Shown: positions 1 through 11,533 of the stretch, piece by piece
Layout: every line of letters starts with the position of its first letter
Position numbering within the stretch: position 1 is the first letter of the stretch
Source of the DNA: Chiloscyllium plagiosum
Lineage: Eukaryota
DNA: 39,465 bases
Direction of reading: 5' to 3'
Assembly: GCF_004010195.1 (NCBI RefSeq)
Contig: NC_057755.1
Span: 1,915,722-1,955,186 of the forward strand
Position numbers and translations under genes: made by a program
The notes under the pieces: model-generated
Databases searched by the model: none
What the model was told of the DNA's origin: nothing
What the model saw: only the letters and a program-made list of their open reading frames with translations

Positions 1-138
1 CTGATGAATCACTCTGGAGATATTAGCTGCCTAAAACGATCATGTATAATATTTACTATTAACATTATTTATTCTAAGAACTATGCATCCTGTCATATCC
101 AGTTATGAAACACAAAAGTACTATCATCTCGTAGTTAC

Positions 139-308
139 CGTATATCCTATAATTTATATTCTGGGTTCCTCAGAAATGCTGAAAATATTCTTACTCCTGA
201 ATCCGCATTTCTTTGTAACTCAAGTTCAGAATTTTCATGGATGTGTTTATGCTGAGGGCAGGACAGGGATCCAAGGCACAAGAATCTATGAGATCAACCA
301 CAGTCAAC
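139..308 (-). pseudogene. NLR leucine-rich-repeat exon, 170 nt (1-nt deletion plus stop)
   Basis: Minus strand reads tttctgctttccag|G TTG ACT...ATA CG|gtaact. It translates LTVVDLIDSCALDPCPALSINTSMKILNLSYKEM, then after a 1-nt frameshift DSGVRIFSAFLRNPEYKL*DI. Same LRR consensus as 477-647, separated from it by a 168-nt intron. Confidence 0.85.
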
Positions 309-476
309 CTGGAAAGCAGAAATAAAGGTTTGGAAAAGGGATGGAGAGAGAGGGAGACAGCACAGGAATCAGTGAAGTGGCAGTATTTCCTTATTTTGAT
401 AATACTGTCAATAGTGAGCAGTGACAAATATATGATTAGTCGAGTTGCAATACAATCTTCCAAGATTGTTACTTAC

Positions 477-647
477 TGCAGTTCTTACATTTTACATTCT
501 GAGTGCCTTAGAGCAACAGACAGACGCTTGATTCTGACATCTCGCAGGTTATTAATACTCAGGTTCAGATCAGTTACTGATCGGTTTGTATGCACAGCAG
601 AGGCGAAATCCACGACACAAGATTCAATGAGAGCAACAGATTGCAAT
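477..647 (-). pseudogene. NLR (NLRP/NLRC3-like) leucine-rich-repeat exon, 171 nt, with premature stop
   Basis: Minus strand reads cag|A TTG CAA...CTG CA|gtaagt, exactly 171 nt, phase 2-2. It translates LQSVALIESCVVDFASAVHTNRSVTDLNLSINNLRDVRIKRLSVALRHSECKM*EL. This fits the ribonuclease-inhibitor-type LRR pair of vertebrate NLRs (LxxxxLTDSCxxDLASALxTNxSLxxLNLSxNxLGDSGVKxLSxALRxPxCKIQxL). TAA replaces the Q of CKIQ. Confidence 0.88.
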
Positions 648-1289
648 CTGGTGATCAGCGCATTGAAAAAATAAGCGAACTGGGAGGAAACAGAACAATT
701 AATATCCAGTCATTGATGGTGATAAGAATGCAGTACCTAATAGAAAAATGCTAATATTTTAATATTCCAAACAGGTTCACATGATCTGGTATTCATTTCA
801 GTTTCAGTTCTGAGTCTCCTATTTAATTATTGCATCGGTTAAACAAAGGAAGGCAAAGTGAGGAAGAAAGGCCACTTAATTGTCAGTTAACATATACCTT
901 CACTGTCGCAGATATAGGAAAATAAGGAAAACATTCACTCTTTAACTTTTCTGTTGTGTCATTCAATTTAATGAATTACAGTCAGTTCTGATTTAATGCA
1001 CGGTCTCTCTTGCCATCTGACGTTATAAGCGCCTTTAAACTAATGGGTTAGAAACATGCTGTAGCTAATTCAGGTAAGGAAAGATCGCGTTTTACACATA
1101 ACCGTCTAAATTCTTCAATCAATTCTTATAAAACGGTAAAATAATTCAGGGAGAGATATATTATGGATCATGGTGCTCCTGTCTGCTGTCAAATATATAA
1201 CACGAGATGGCAAATGTTGAAACAAGAATATGTTTTGTCAGGTTTCATGTCTTCGTAGTCCCTGTATATAGTGAGTGAGCAGCACTTAC

Positions 1290-1422
1290 TTGATTTCCGA
1301 TTGAAGTACTTCTAAGTTGAAACAAAAACCCTTGCTTAATGAGTTCTCTATCCATGACCTTATGCCTGGTGTTTCCTTGCAGACATAACAAGCTGGCTAC
1401 AGCTCTACACTCATCCGGAATT
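1290..1422 (-). other. Candidate exon (133 nt)
   Basis: Acceptor ttttcctttag and donor gtaagt. Open frame IPDECRAVASLLCLQGNTRHKVMDRELIKQGFLFQLRSTSIGNQ. Homology not recognised. Confidence 0.3.
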
Positions 1423-1542
1423 CTAAAGGAAAATTATTTTGATTAATCCCGGGGTGGTGACAGAAGTGAAATCTCCCACAATTCACTCGCACAACTGAAT
1501 TTAGAAGATCAATAGAAGTTTTTATTTTGGCACTTCACTTAC

Positions 1543-1629
1543 GGTGAATTTCCAACAGTTGCTAACCTGCTCAGTATTAATGTAACCTGCACCCTTGATA
1601 AAAAGCTAAATTCTGCAGATTCTGGAAAT
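1543..1629 (-). other. Candidate upstream exon (87 nt, phase 2-2) of the same minus-strand gene
   Basis: Strong acceptor gtctgtctttctttcag and donor gtaagt. Open frame FPESAEFSFLSRVQVTLILSRLATVGNS, with phase compatible with the LRR exons. No protein family recognised. Confidence 0.35.
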
Positions 1630-1821
1630 CTGAAAGAAAGACAGACTACAGACAATACACAATACACAATATGTGCAGGAGTAAGCCATTGTGCTCTTCG
1701 AGCCAGCACCGTCATCTCAAGGTCCAGATTCATTAATCACCTTCTTAAATTGACTATGGGGTTGAAAATCTACATCGTCACCTGCAACTTATCGTGCAGA
1801 TTCAGGTCACAGTCACGACAG

Positions 1822-4739
1822 AGAAGATTCCCCTGGCCTCGGAAACGCCATAAGCCATGCGGCTGATGCAGCTACCACACCCACGATGATTGATGATATC
1901 ACTTCCACCCCCATCATGGCCACTCCCACAGCCACTTCCATCCCTCACATCATCGCTGATGTCACACGCTCAGTGACTTCCGCCACCCCTACTGCCGTGT
2001 CTGCCACCACTTCCGCCCCCACCAGCGACACTCACCTGCATTCTGCTGACACGCACCCCACAGACCCCACTGTCACTATCCCCACACCCCAGAACCCCCC
2101 TGCTCATGACTCCACCCCCATTCCCCCCACCATCACACCCACTCCAGGTAATAGCTTTGACCCTACTCCCAGCTCCACACCGACACCAGATCCCAGCTCC
2201 CAGCCCTGCCGAGTTTTCACCAACCCTCCAGACCTCCCCCTCACTGAGGACGAACGATCAGTCCTCAGCAAAGGATTCACATTCATCCCCGTCCGTCCAC
2301 ACATCAATGAATTTAATACACGCTGTGACGTCGAAAGATTCTTCTGTTGCCTCCGCCTTCCAGCTTACTTTCTCAATCAGGACTCCTGCCCACCTTCCGA
2401 GGACCCCTTCGCCCACCTCCAACACACTGCATCCACCTGGACACCCCGCACTGGCCTATTACCTGACCTCGACCTCTTCATTTCCAAACTGCCGCCGGGG
2501 CATTAAACGCCTCAACCTGTTTACCCCCTCCCCCACTCTAACCTCTCACCCTCACAACGCACAGCCCTCCAATCCCTCTGCTACAATCCCAACCTCACCA
2601 TTAAGCCAGTGGATAAAGGGGGTGCAGTGGTAGTCTGGCACACTGCCCTCTACAGCGCTGAAGCCAAACGCCAACTCGAGGACACCTCTTCCTACTGCCC
2701 CCTCGACCATGACCCCACCCCCCCATCACCAAACATCATCTCCCAGACCATACAAAACCTCCTCACCTCAGGAGATCTCCCATCCACAACTTCCATCCTC
2801 ATAGTCTGGGAACCGCGCACTGCCTGGTTCCACCTCCATCCCAAGATCCACAAGCCTGACCACCCTGGCCGACCCATTGTCTCAGCATGCTCCTGCCCCA
2901 CTGAACTCATCTCTACCTAACTCGACACTGTCCTATCCCCCTAGTCCAGAGACTCCCCACATATGTTTGAGACACCACCCACGCCCTCCACCTCCTCCAA
3001 GGCTTCCGTTTCCCCGGCCCCCAACGCCTCATCTTCACCAATCCCTCTACACCTCCATCCGCCATGACCAGGGCTGCCAAGCCCTCCGTTTTTTCCTCTC
3101 CAGACGTCCCCAACAGTACCCTTCCACCGACACTCTCATCCGTTTGGCTGAACTGGTGCTCACCCTGAACAATTTCTCCTTTGAATCCTCCCACTTCCTC
3201 CAGACCAAAGGGGTAGCCATGGGCAGACGTATGGGCTCCAGCTATGCCTGTCTCTTTGTTGGCTATGTGGAACAGTTGATCTTCCGTAATTACACCGGCA
3301 CCACTCCCCACCTCTTCCTCCGCGACATTGATGACTGCATTGGCGCCACCTCGTGCTCCCACGAGGAGGTTGAGAAATTCATCAACTTCACCAACACATT
3401 CCACCCTGACCTTAAATTTACCTGAACCATCTCTGACAACTCCCTCCCCTTCCTTGACTTCTCCATCTCCATTAGTGACGACCGACTTGACACTGACATT
3501 TTTTACAAGCCCACCGACTCCCACAGCTACTTGTATTACACCTCTTCCCACCCTATCTCTTGCAAAAATGCCATCTCGTAATCCCAATTCCTCCGCCTCC
3601 GCCGTATCTGCTCCCAGGAGGACCAGTTCCACCATAGAACACACCAGATGGCCTCCTTCTTTATAGACCGCAATTTCCCTTCCCACGTGGTTAAAGATGC
3701 CCTCCAACGCATCTCGTCCACATCCCGCTCCTCCGCGCTCAGACCCCACCCCTCCAATCGTAACAAGGACAGAACGCTCCTGGTGCTCACCTTCCACCCT
3801 ACAAACCTTCGCATAAACAAAATCATCCGCCGATATTTCCGCCACCTCCAAAAAGACACCACCACCAGGGATATATTTCCCTCCCCACCCCTTTTCGCCT
3901 TCCGCAAAGACCGTTTCCTCCGTGACTACCTGGTCAGGTCCATGCCCCCCTCCGACCCACCGTCCCATCCTGGCACTTTCCCCTGCCACCACAGGAACTG
4001 TAAAACTTGTGCCCACACCTCCTCACTCACCTCTATCCAAGGCCCTAAATGAGCCTTCCACATCCATCAAAGTTTTACCTACACATCCACTCATATCATT
4101 TATTGTATTCGTTGCTCCCGATGCGGTCTCCTCTACATTGGAGAGACTGGGCGCCTCCTAGCAGAGTGCTTTAGGGAACATCTCCGACACGCCCGCAACA
4201 ATCAACCACACCCCGTGGCCCAACATTTCAACTCCCCCTCCCACTCTGCCGAGGACATGGATGTCCTGGGCCTCCTTCACCGCCGCTCCCTCACCACCAG
4301 ACGCCTGGAGGAAGAACGCTTCATCTTCCGCCTCGGAACACTTCAACCCCAGGGCATCAATGTGGACTTCAACAGCTTCCGCATATCCCCTTCCCCCACC
4401 TCATCCTAGTTTCAAACTTCCATCTCAGCCCTGTCCCCATGATTTTTCCGGACTTGCCTAGCTCCTTTTCCACCTCTCCACTCCACCCTCTCCTCCCTGA
4501 CCTATCTCCTTCATCTCCTCCCCCACTCACCCATTGTACTCTCTGCTACTATCTCCCCACCCCCATCCTCCCCTAGCTTATCTCTCCACGCTTCAGGATC
4601 ACTGCCTTTATTCCTGATGAAGGGCTTTTGCCCGAAAAGTCGATTTCGAAGCTCCTTGGATGCTGCCTGAACTGCTGTGCTCTTCCAGCACCACTGATCC
4701 AGAATCTGGTTTCCAGCATCTGCAGTCATTGTTTTTACC
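1822..4739 (+). mobile_element. Penelope-like retroelement (Neptune-type), 5'-truncated and degenerate; RT + GIY-YIG endonuclease + 3' pseudo-LTR
   Basis: Broken ORFs 1886-2506, 2609-2920, 2877-3425 and 3648-4052. They carry ERSVLSKGFTFIP, DKGGAVVV, PKIHKPDHPGRPIVS, GVAMG..MG.SYACLF, FLRDIDD (decayed YIDD) and the Cys linker CHHRNCKTC. The GIY-YIG motif IIYCIRCSRCGLLYIGETGR lies near 4095-4150. The terminal region ~4410-4739 carries a hammerhead-like core. 5' boundary approximate. Confidence 0.93.
4614..4641 (+). ncRNA. Minimal hammerhead ribozyme-like motif in Penelope pseudo-LTR (one substitution next to GAAA)
   Basis: CTGATGA-A-GGGC-TTTT-GCCC-GAAA-AGTC. The other copies read GAAACGTC. Confidence 0.6.
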
Positions 4740-5625
4740 AAAATTAATGCTCATTGGACAGCGAAGAAGGTGACCTCAGATTACAACGGAGCTGTAATCA
4801 GATATGCCGATGTTGCAAGGTGTGGCAGATGGAGTTTAATTTAGATCAATGTGAGGTGATGAATTTTGGAAAAGCAAATCAGCACAGAACTTATTCACTT
4901 AATGGGAGGTTGCTGGCATTTGTTGCTGAACAAAGAGATCTTGGGTTGTAAGCCCACAGTTCCTTGAAGGTGGAGTCACACATTGACAGGGATGTAAAGA
5001 AGGTGTCTGGTACGCTTGTCTTCATTGGACCGTGTATTGATTATAGGGATTTACAGTCATGTTGCGGCTGTTTCAGGACATCAGCTAGGCCACTTTTCGA
5101 ATACTGCGTTTAATTGTGGCCTCCCTGCTGTAGGATAAATGTCACGAAACTTGATAAAAGATGTACAAGGATGATGCCAGTGTTGGAGGGTTTGTGCTCT
5201 TGGGAGAGACTGGATAGGGACTCCTTTCCCTGGAATGTCGGAGGCTGACGATAATCTCGTAGAGGTACATATAATCATGAAAGAAATGGATAAGGTGAAT
5301 AGCCAAGATCTTTTTACCAAGGTAGAGGTGTCCAAAATTAGAGGGTATTGGTTTAAGGGAGGATGGGACGCATTTAAAACGGACCAAAGAGGCAATTCTT
5401 ACTCGCAGAGTGTGGCCTGCGTGTCGAACAAGCTGGCGGAGGAGGTGATGGAGGCTGATACTATTGCAGCATTTAAAAGGCACCTGAATGAGCACATGAA
5501 TAGCAAGCGTTTAAACGATTATGGGCCAAATTCTGGCAAGTGGAACACGATTCACTTCAGATATTTGGTTGGCATCGGCCAGTTGGTCCGAAGAGTTTCT
5601 TGCCATGCTGTAAAGTTCTATTGAT
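4737..5625 (+). mobile_element. CR1-clade LINE 3' fragment (RT C-terminus + 3' UTR), degenerate
   Basis: ORF remnants DSEEGDLRLQ..WQMEFNLDQCEVMNFG..EQRDLG, RPLFEYCV, and NLVEVHIIMKEMDKVNSQDLF..FKRHLNEHM. These are typical of the CR1 ORF2 C-terminus. Confidence 0.88.
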
Positions 5626-6166
5626 TTAGCTCAGACACTCTTAACACAGAATATGAGGGCACAAATTGCTATAGGTTCTATTCCTTACCTCTTGTTTTCA
5701 TTATGTTCATAACTTCAGACACAGACTTCAGCTCCTATTTAATCTACGATCAATTGCTGCATTGTGATTTCTCCCTCTATCTCAATCCTAGACCCTATCA
5801 GAAATCCATGTATACATATATGGTGTTGTGGATAATAGGCTAAATTCGCTCTCTCTGCGCCTGTCTGTCTTTCTTTCTGCTTCACCTGCTGCATTTCTCC
5901 AGAATCTGCTTCCGCAGGGTTTAGGGTTAACACTCGATATGAACTTCCAGTTTCAGCCTTAGCTTGGTTGTGGGCTTCTTGCTGCTTCAGCCTCTAAAGT
6001 AAATCACCATAGATGTAAACTTGTAAATATGAAAAGACCACTTTCTGTTCAAAGTACAACTTCCAGAGACGCGTAGAAACACATCAAATAACAACAACTT
6101 GCGAACCTGAATTGTAGTTATATTGCATTTCCTTCAAAGTTGCAAATTTCTGGATATACTTCCTTT

Positions 6167-7583
6167 GTTGAGGAAGTTTTCAAAAATTGGGATTGTCTAT
6201 TGAATTACTTTCCACAAGAACATCGAAATGACCTGAACGAATTACGACTATCAAATGAGTAGATATGCAGAAATAAACTTGGAACCACTAACTAATTGTG
6301 AATGATATAGAGACAGGAGGTGCTGGTTCGGATTAAGAACATCCTTATAGGCATATCCCTCTCAAGTTAGCACAGGTTCATAAGAAGATAGAGCACATGT
6401 TCCAAGGTGGCAGAATCAAAGTCATTTACAATGACTGGCGATCACCTATAGTCATGGTTCCAAAGCCAGATTATACCCAACGGCTATGTGTGGACTATTG
6501 CAAAGTCAATGACGTTACAAAGACTGATGTATATCCAATTCCACGTTTGGAGGACTGTGTTGAAAAAGTGAGAGATTCAACTTTCATTTCTAATTTGGGC
6601 TTGATCAGAGGCCATTGGCAAGTGCCTCTGTCAGAGAGAACAAAGGAAATTTCGGCTTTCACTCCGGCAAATGGACGATATCAGTTCAAAGCCATGCCAT
6701 TTGGCATGACAGATGCTCCAGCCACAGTTCAGAGACTGACTAATAAGGTCATTTTCGGCTTACCCAACTGTGTGGTGTATATTGATGACCTAGCGATTTT
6801 TAGTCACTCATGGACGGAACATTTACAGTATTTATCTGACTTTTACGATCGACGTCGGAAGGCAGGCTTGGTGGTAAGCCTAGGTAAAAGTGAATTTGCC
6901 AAATCCCAAGTTAACTTCATAGGCCATGTTATTGGACATGGACAAATGGCCCCACGAAATGCAAAAAAAATGAAGTAATTGGGGAACTTCCAACCGTCGA
7001 TGAAACAAAGCTGTACTATTGGTCCTGAGATTGAATGGATTTTATCGGAAGTTTGTGCAAAATTGAACAATATGGCTGCACCACACACTGAACTATTAAA
7101 AACGGACAGGAATTTTCACTGGGCAGCGGACTATCAAAAGGCTTTTGACAGCCTAAAACCTGTGTTAACCACTGCCCCTGTTTTAGCCACACCGGATTAC
7201 AGGGAATTATTCAAGGTGGCTATCGATGCCAGTGATTTTGGTGTCCATGCCGGTGTTCCTGCAGGAGGATGATGAAGGGATATAAAGACGCTTTGGGTAT
7301 TTTTCCAAAAAGTTGAATGTTCATCAACAGACAGATTGAACGGTGGAGAATGAGACTTTCAGCTTGGTGTTGGCATTAAAACATTTCAGTGTTATATTAC
7401 CAGAAATACATCTGAGACAATCGGTTACACTAAATATAACTCATTCAAATTTATGGAAAAAATTCAGGACAAAAATGTCAGACTGTTTACATGGAGCTTG
7501 TTGTTGCAGTCATTCAACTGGACAACTGTGCAAGTGGCAGTTGCAAAAATGTGGTTGTCGATGTGTTATCAAGACTCAAGTGA
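6167..7583 (+). mobile_element. Ty3/Gypsy LTR retrotransposon pol remnant (RT + RNase H), probably Gmr1-like
   Basis: RT motifs WRSPIVMVPKPD..RLCVDYCKVN, YPIPRLED, GHWQVPL, MPFGM..APATVQR and YIDD (6397-6978). RNase H motifs FKVAIDASDFGV, ENETFSLVLALKHF and RLFTWSLLLQSF. The frame ends NVVVDVLSRLK* at 7548-7583. Many stops and frameshifts. Confidence 0.92.
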
Positions 7584-7762
7584 GATACAGAGGCGTTCGG
7601 TAGAGGGTGTACCGCTGCCTGAATTTGCATGGCGTTGTGTATGTTTGCATATTTATAATTACTACAGTGTGTATGTGAGTTTGGATTACTAACCGAGTTT
7701 TTGAAGGGTTAAAAATGAAGCATCATTTTGGTAGTGATGGTTCTTTTTTTTTAAGTGTAGAA

Positions 7763-7900
7763 GTTTCACAATCTTAGTCTTTTTATTTCTAAAAGCTGCC
7801 CCTTTTCTCAAGGAAATCATGTACTTGTTTTTTTCCAGAGAGTTAACAAACGACTCTCGGTTCCGATTAGTCTGCTGTGGTTCAGAGAGTAAAGGGTATT
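7763..7900 (+). mobile_element. Probable 3' LTR of the Gypsy element, first part (interrupted by CR1)
   Basis: Follows the pol stop, a short 3' UTR and a T-tract with a decayed purine-rich stretch (~7745-7762). It ends at the left copy of the CR1 target duplication. Start approximate. Confidence 0.5.
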
Positions 7901-10900
7901 AGAACATAGAACATAGAACAGTACAGCACAGAACAGGCCCTTCAGTCCACGATGTTGTGTCGACCACTGATCCTCAAGTATTCGCCCTCAAATTTCTGTG
8001 ACCATATGCATGTCCAGTAGTCTCTTAAATGTCCCCAATGACCTCGTTTCAACAACTGCTGCCGGCAACGCATTCCATGCTCTCACAACTCTCTGTGCAA
8101 AGGACCCGCCTCTGAAATCCCCTCTATAATTTCCTTCAACCAGTTTAAAACTATGACACCTCCTGTTAGTCATTTCTGCCCTGGGAAATAGTCTCTGGCT
8201 ATCGACTCTATCTATGCCTCTCATTATCTTGTATATCTCAATTAGGTCCCTTCACCTCCTCCTTTTCTCCAATGAAAAAAGTCCGAGCTCAGTCAACCTC
8301 TCTTCATAAGATAAGCCCCCCAGTCCAGGCAGCATCCTGGTAAACCTCCTCTGAACCATCTCCAAAGCATTCACATCTTTCCTCTAATAGGGCGACCAGA
8401 ACTGGACGCAGTATTCCAAGTGCGGTTTAACCAAAGTTTTATAGAGCTGCAACAAGATCTCACAACTCTTAAATTCAATCCCCCTGCTACTGAAAGCCAT
8501 AACACCGTATGCTTTCTTCACAACCCTGTCCACTTGGGTAGCCATTTTAAGGGATCTATGTACCTGCACACCAAGATCCCTCTGTTCCCCCACACTGCCA
8601 AGAATCCTATCCTTAATCCTGTACTCAGCTTTCAAATGCTTACAAAATGCATCTTACAAAATGCATCATCTCGCATTTATCCAGGTTGAACTCCATCTGC
8701 CACCTCTCAGCCCATCTCTGCATCCTGTCAATGTCCTGCTGCAGCCTACAACATGCCTCCATACTGTCAACGACACATCCAAGCTTTGAGTCGTCTTGCA
8801 AACTTGCTGACTCATCCTTCAATCCCTTCATCCAAGTCATTAATAAAAATTACAAACAGTAGAGGCCCAAGGACAGATCCTTGTGGAACACCACTCACTA
8901 CAGACTTCCAGACAGCTCGGTTCCCCTGTATCCCATTCCTCCTGACCTTCTAAATGAGCCTACCATGGGGAACCTTATCAAATGCCTTGCTGAAGTCCAT
9001 ATGCACCACATCCACAGCTCGACCCTCATCAACTTTTCTAGTCGCATCCTCAACTAATTCGATAAGGTTTGTGAGGCATGACCTGCCCCTCTCAAAGCCG
9101 TGTTGACTGCTTTTAATCAAGCCATGCTCTTCCAGATGGTCATAAATCCTATCCCTCAGAATCCTTTCTAACACCTTGCAGANNNNNNNNNNNNNNNTTC
9201 TCCAATGAAAAAAGTCCGAGCTCAGTCAACCTCTCTTCATAAGATAAGCCCCCCAGTCCAGGCAACATCCTGGTAAACCTCCTCTGAACCATCTCCAAAG
9301 CATTCACATCTTTCCTCTAATAGGGCGACCAGAACTGGACGCAGTATTCCAAGTGCGGTTTAACCAAAGTTTTATAGAGCTGCAACAAGATCTCACAACT
9401 CTTAAATTCAATCCCCCTGTTACTGAAAGCCATAACACCGTATGCTTTCTTCACAACCCTGTCCACTTGGGTGGCCATTTTAAGGGATCTATGTACCTGC
9501 ACACCAAGATCCCTCTGTTCCCCCACACTGCCAAGAATCCTATTCTTAATCCTGTACTCAGCTTTCAAATGCTTACAAAATGCATCTTACAAAATGCATC
9601 ACCTCGCATTTATCCAGGTTGAACTCCATCTGCCACCTCTCAGCCCATCTCTGCATCCTGTCAATGTCCTGCTGCAGCCTACAGCATGCCTCCATACTGT
9701 CAACGACACATCCAACCTTTGAGTCGTCTTGCAAACTTGCTGACTCATCCTTCAATCCGTTCATCCAAGTCATTAATAAACATTACAAACAGTAGAGGCC
9801 CAAGGACAGATCCTTGTGGAACACCACTCACCACAGACTTCCAGACAGCTAGGTTCCCCTGTATCCCATTCCTCCTGACCTTCTAAATGAGCCTACCATG
9901 GGGAACCTTATCAAATGCCTTGCTGAAGTCCATATGCACCACATCCACAGCTCGACCCTCATCAACTTTTCTAGTCGCATCCTCAACTAATTCGATAAGG
10001 TTTGTGAGGCATGACCTGCCCCTCTCAAAGCCGTGTTGACTGCTTTTAATCAAGCCATGCTCTTCCAGATGGTCATAAATCCTATCCCTCAGAATCCTTT
10101 CTAACACCTTGCAGACGACAGACGTAAGACTTACTGGTCTGTAATTGCCGGGGATTTCCCTATTTCCTTTCTCGAGGAGAGGAATTACATTTGCCTCTCT
10201 CCAGGCCTCAGTACGACTCTAGTGGAGAGCGAGGATGCAAAGATATTCGCAAGTGGAGAAGCAATTGCATTTCTCGTTTCCAAAAACAGCCGAGGGCCAA
10301 TCTGGTCTGGGCCTGGCGACTTGTCAATCATAATGTTTGACAGCATTTTCAGCACATAAGCTTTCTCTATCTCTATCCATTCTAGCATGCACACCTGCTC
10401 TTCAAAGGTTTCATTCACTTTTGACGAGAAGCTCCTCCGCTCTCGTCATCCAAGGTTCCTTTATCTTACCACTTCTTGCCTGTCTCAGGGGGACATATTT
10501 ATTCATCACTTGCAACAACTGTTCCTTAAAAAGTCTCCACATGTCTATAGTGCCTTTAACATGGAACAATTGCTCGCAATCCATGCTTCCTTACTCATGT
10601 CTAATCGCATCATAGTTTCCTCTTCCCCAATTAAATATCCTCCCATTTTGCCTAATCCTCTCCTTCTCCATAGCTATATAGAATGTGAGGCAGTTGTGGT
10701 CACTATCACTAAAATGTTCTCCCACCACAAGATCTCATACCTGCCCCGGCTCGTTTCCGAGTACCAAGTCTAGAATGGCCTCTCTCCTCGTCGGCCTGTC
10801 GACGTCCTGAATTAGGAAATCCCTGAACACACCTTACAAAAACAGCTCCATTCAAATCTCCTGCTCGAAGAAGGTCCAATCAATATTGGGTCAGTTAAAG

Positions 10901-11357
10901 TCACCCATTACAACAGCCCTACTACGTCCACACTTTTCCAAAATCTGCCGACCTATGCTTTCTTCCATCTCCCTGCTGCTATTGGGGGGCCGGTAGTAAC
11001 CACCTAACGAGGTGACTGCTCCCTTGCTGTTCCTAATTTCCACCCATACTGACCCGGTAGGAAAATCTTCCTCGACAATGGAAGCTTCTGTATCTGTGAT
11101 ACCTTCTCTGATTAGTAGTGCTACACACCCTCCTCTCTCCCCCCGCCCCCCCATTCTTTTTAAATGCTCTAAACCCTGGAACATCCAGCAACCATTCCTG
11201 CCCCTTAGAAACCTATGTCTCTGTTCTGGCCACAACGTCATAGAATCAGGTACTGATCCATGCTCTAAGTTCAACACTTTTATTCCTGATACTCCTTGCA
11301 TTAAAGCAAACACACTTTAACTGATCCCTTGGTTTCTTCCCAGGAAAATCCTTCCAT
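7901..11357 (-). mobile_element. CR1-clade LINE, 5'-truncated, internally deleted, with a 918-bp duplicated block
   Basis: 3' tail (AGAACAT)n at 7901-7920. RT motifs SQHGFERGRSCLTNLIE..VDVVHMDFSKAFDKVPH, DDSKLG, WQMEFNLDKC and LVKPHLEYCVQFWSPY. APE endonuclease motifs GGCVALLIRE..SVWVEIRN..YYRPPN..VVMGDFN (10891-11313). Flanked by TAAAGGGTATT (7890-7900) and TAAATGGTATT (11358-11368). Confidence 0.93.
8265..10115. repeat. 918-bp near-identical direct repeat (8265-9182 / 9198-10115) separated by a 15-N gap
   Basis: Direct comparison shows about 11 substitutions. Both copies share the same private lesions, including the duplicated CTTACAAAATGCAT segment. Confidence 0.95.
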
Positions 11358-11436
11358 TAAATGGTATTGAGTTGGTTTTTTTGGTTAAACGTAAACAGAT
11401 GAGACTTCGCGCTAACATTGTCATGTTTTAGAAGTG

Positions 11437-11533
11437 GAGGAGAAAGTGAGGACTTCCTGAAGAAGGGCTTATGCCCGAAACGTCGATTCTCCTGTTCCTT
11501 GGATACTGCCTGACCTGCTGTGCTTTACGGCAA
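11437..11533 (+). mobile_element. 97-bp Penelope pseudo-LTR-derived insertion with inverted head and 15-bp target duplication
   Basis: GGAGAAAGTGAGGACT is the reverse complement of the pseudo-LTR segment at ~29477-29492, and is followed by forward pseudo-LTR sequence. The insertion is flanked by perfect CATGTTTTAGAAGTG at 11422-11436 and 11534-11548. Confidence 0.88.
11457..11484 (+). ncRNA. Minimal hammerhead ribozyme-like motif, best-preserved copy
   Basis: CTGAAGA-A-GGGC-TTAT-GCCC-GAAA-C-GTC. It has the CUGANGA box, a 4-bp stem II, the GAAA box, palindromic ACGT in place of stem III, and a GUC cleavage triplet. Confidence 0.7.

Noticed and set aside
1..7. CTGATGA hammerhead box at the window start
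   Set aside because: No stem II or GAAA box follows, so it is a chance 7-mer.
237..674. 145-aa plus-strand ORF
   Set aside because: It is the antisense shadow of the NLR LRR exons and their intron.
3423..3425. In-frame TGA in Penelope RT as possible selenocysteine or readthrough codon
   Set aside because: The homologous codon in the second element is TGG (Trp), so this is an ordinary nonsense mutation in a decayed copy.
2913..4016. 367-aa antisense ORF over the Penelope RT
   Set aside because: Explained by the C-rich codon bias of the sense strand. It has no recognisable domain and is not preserved as one ORF in the second Penelope copy.
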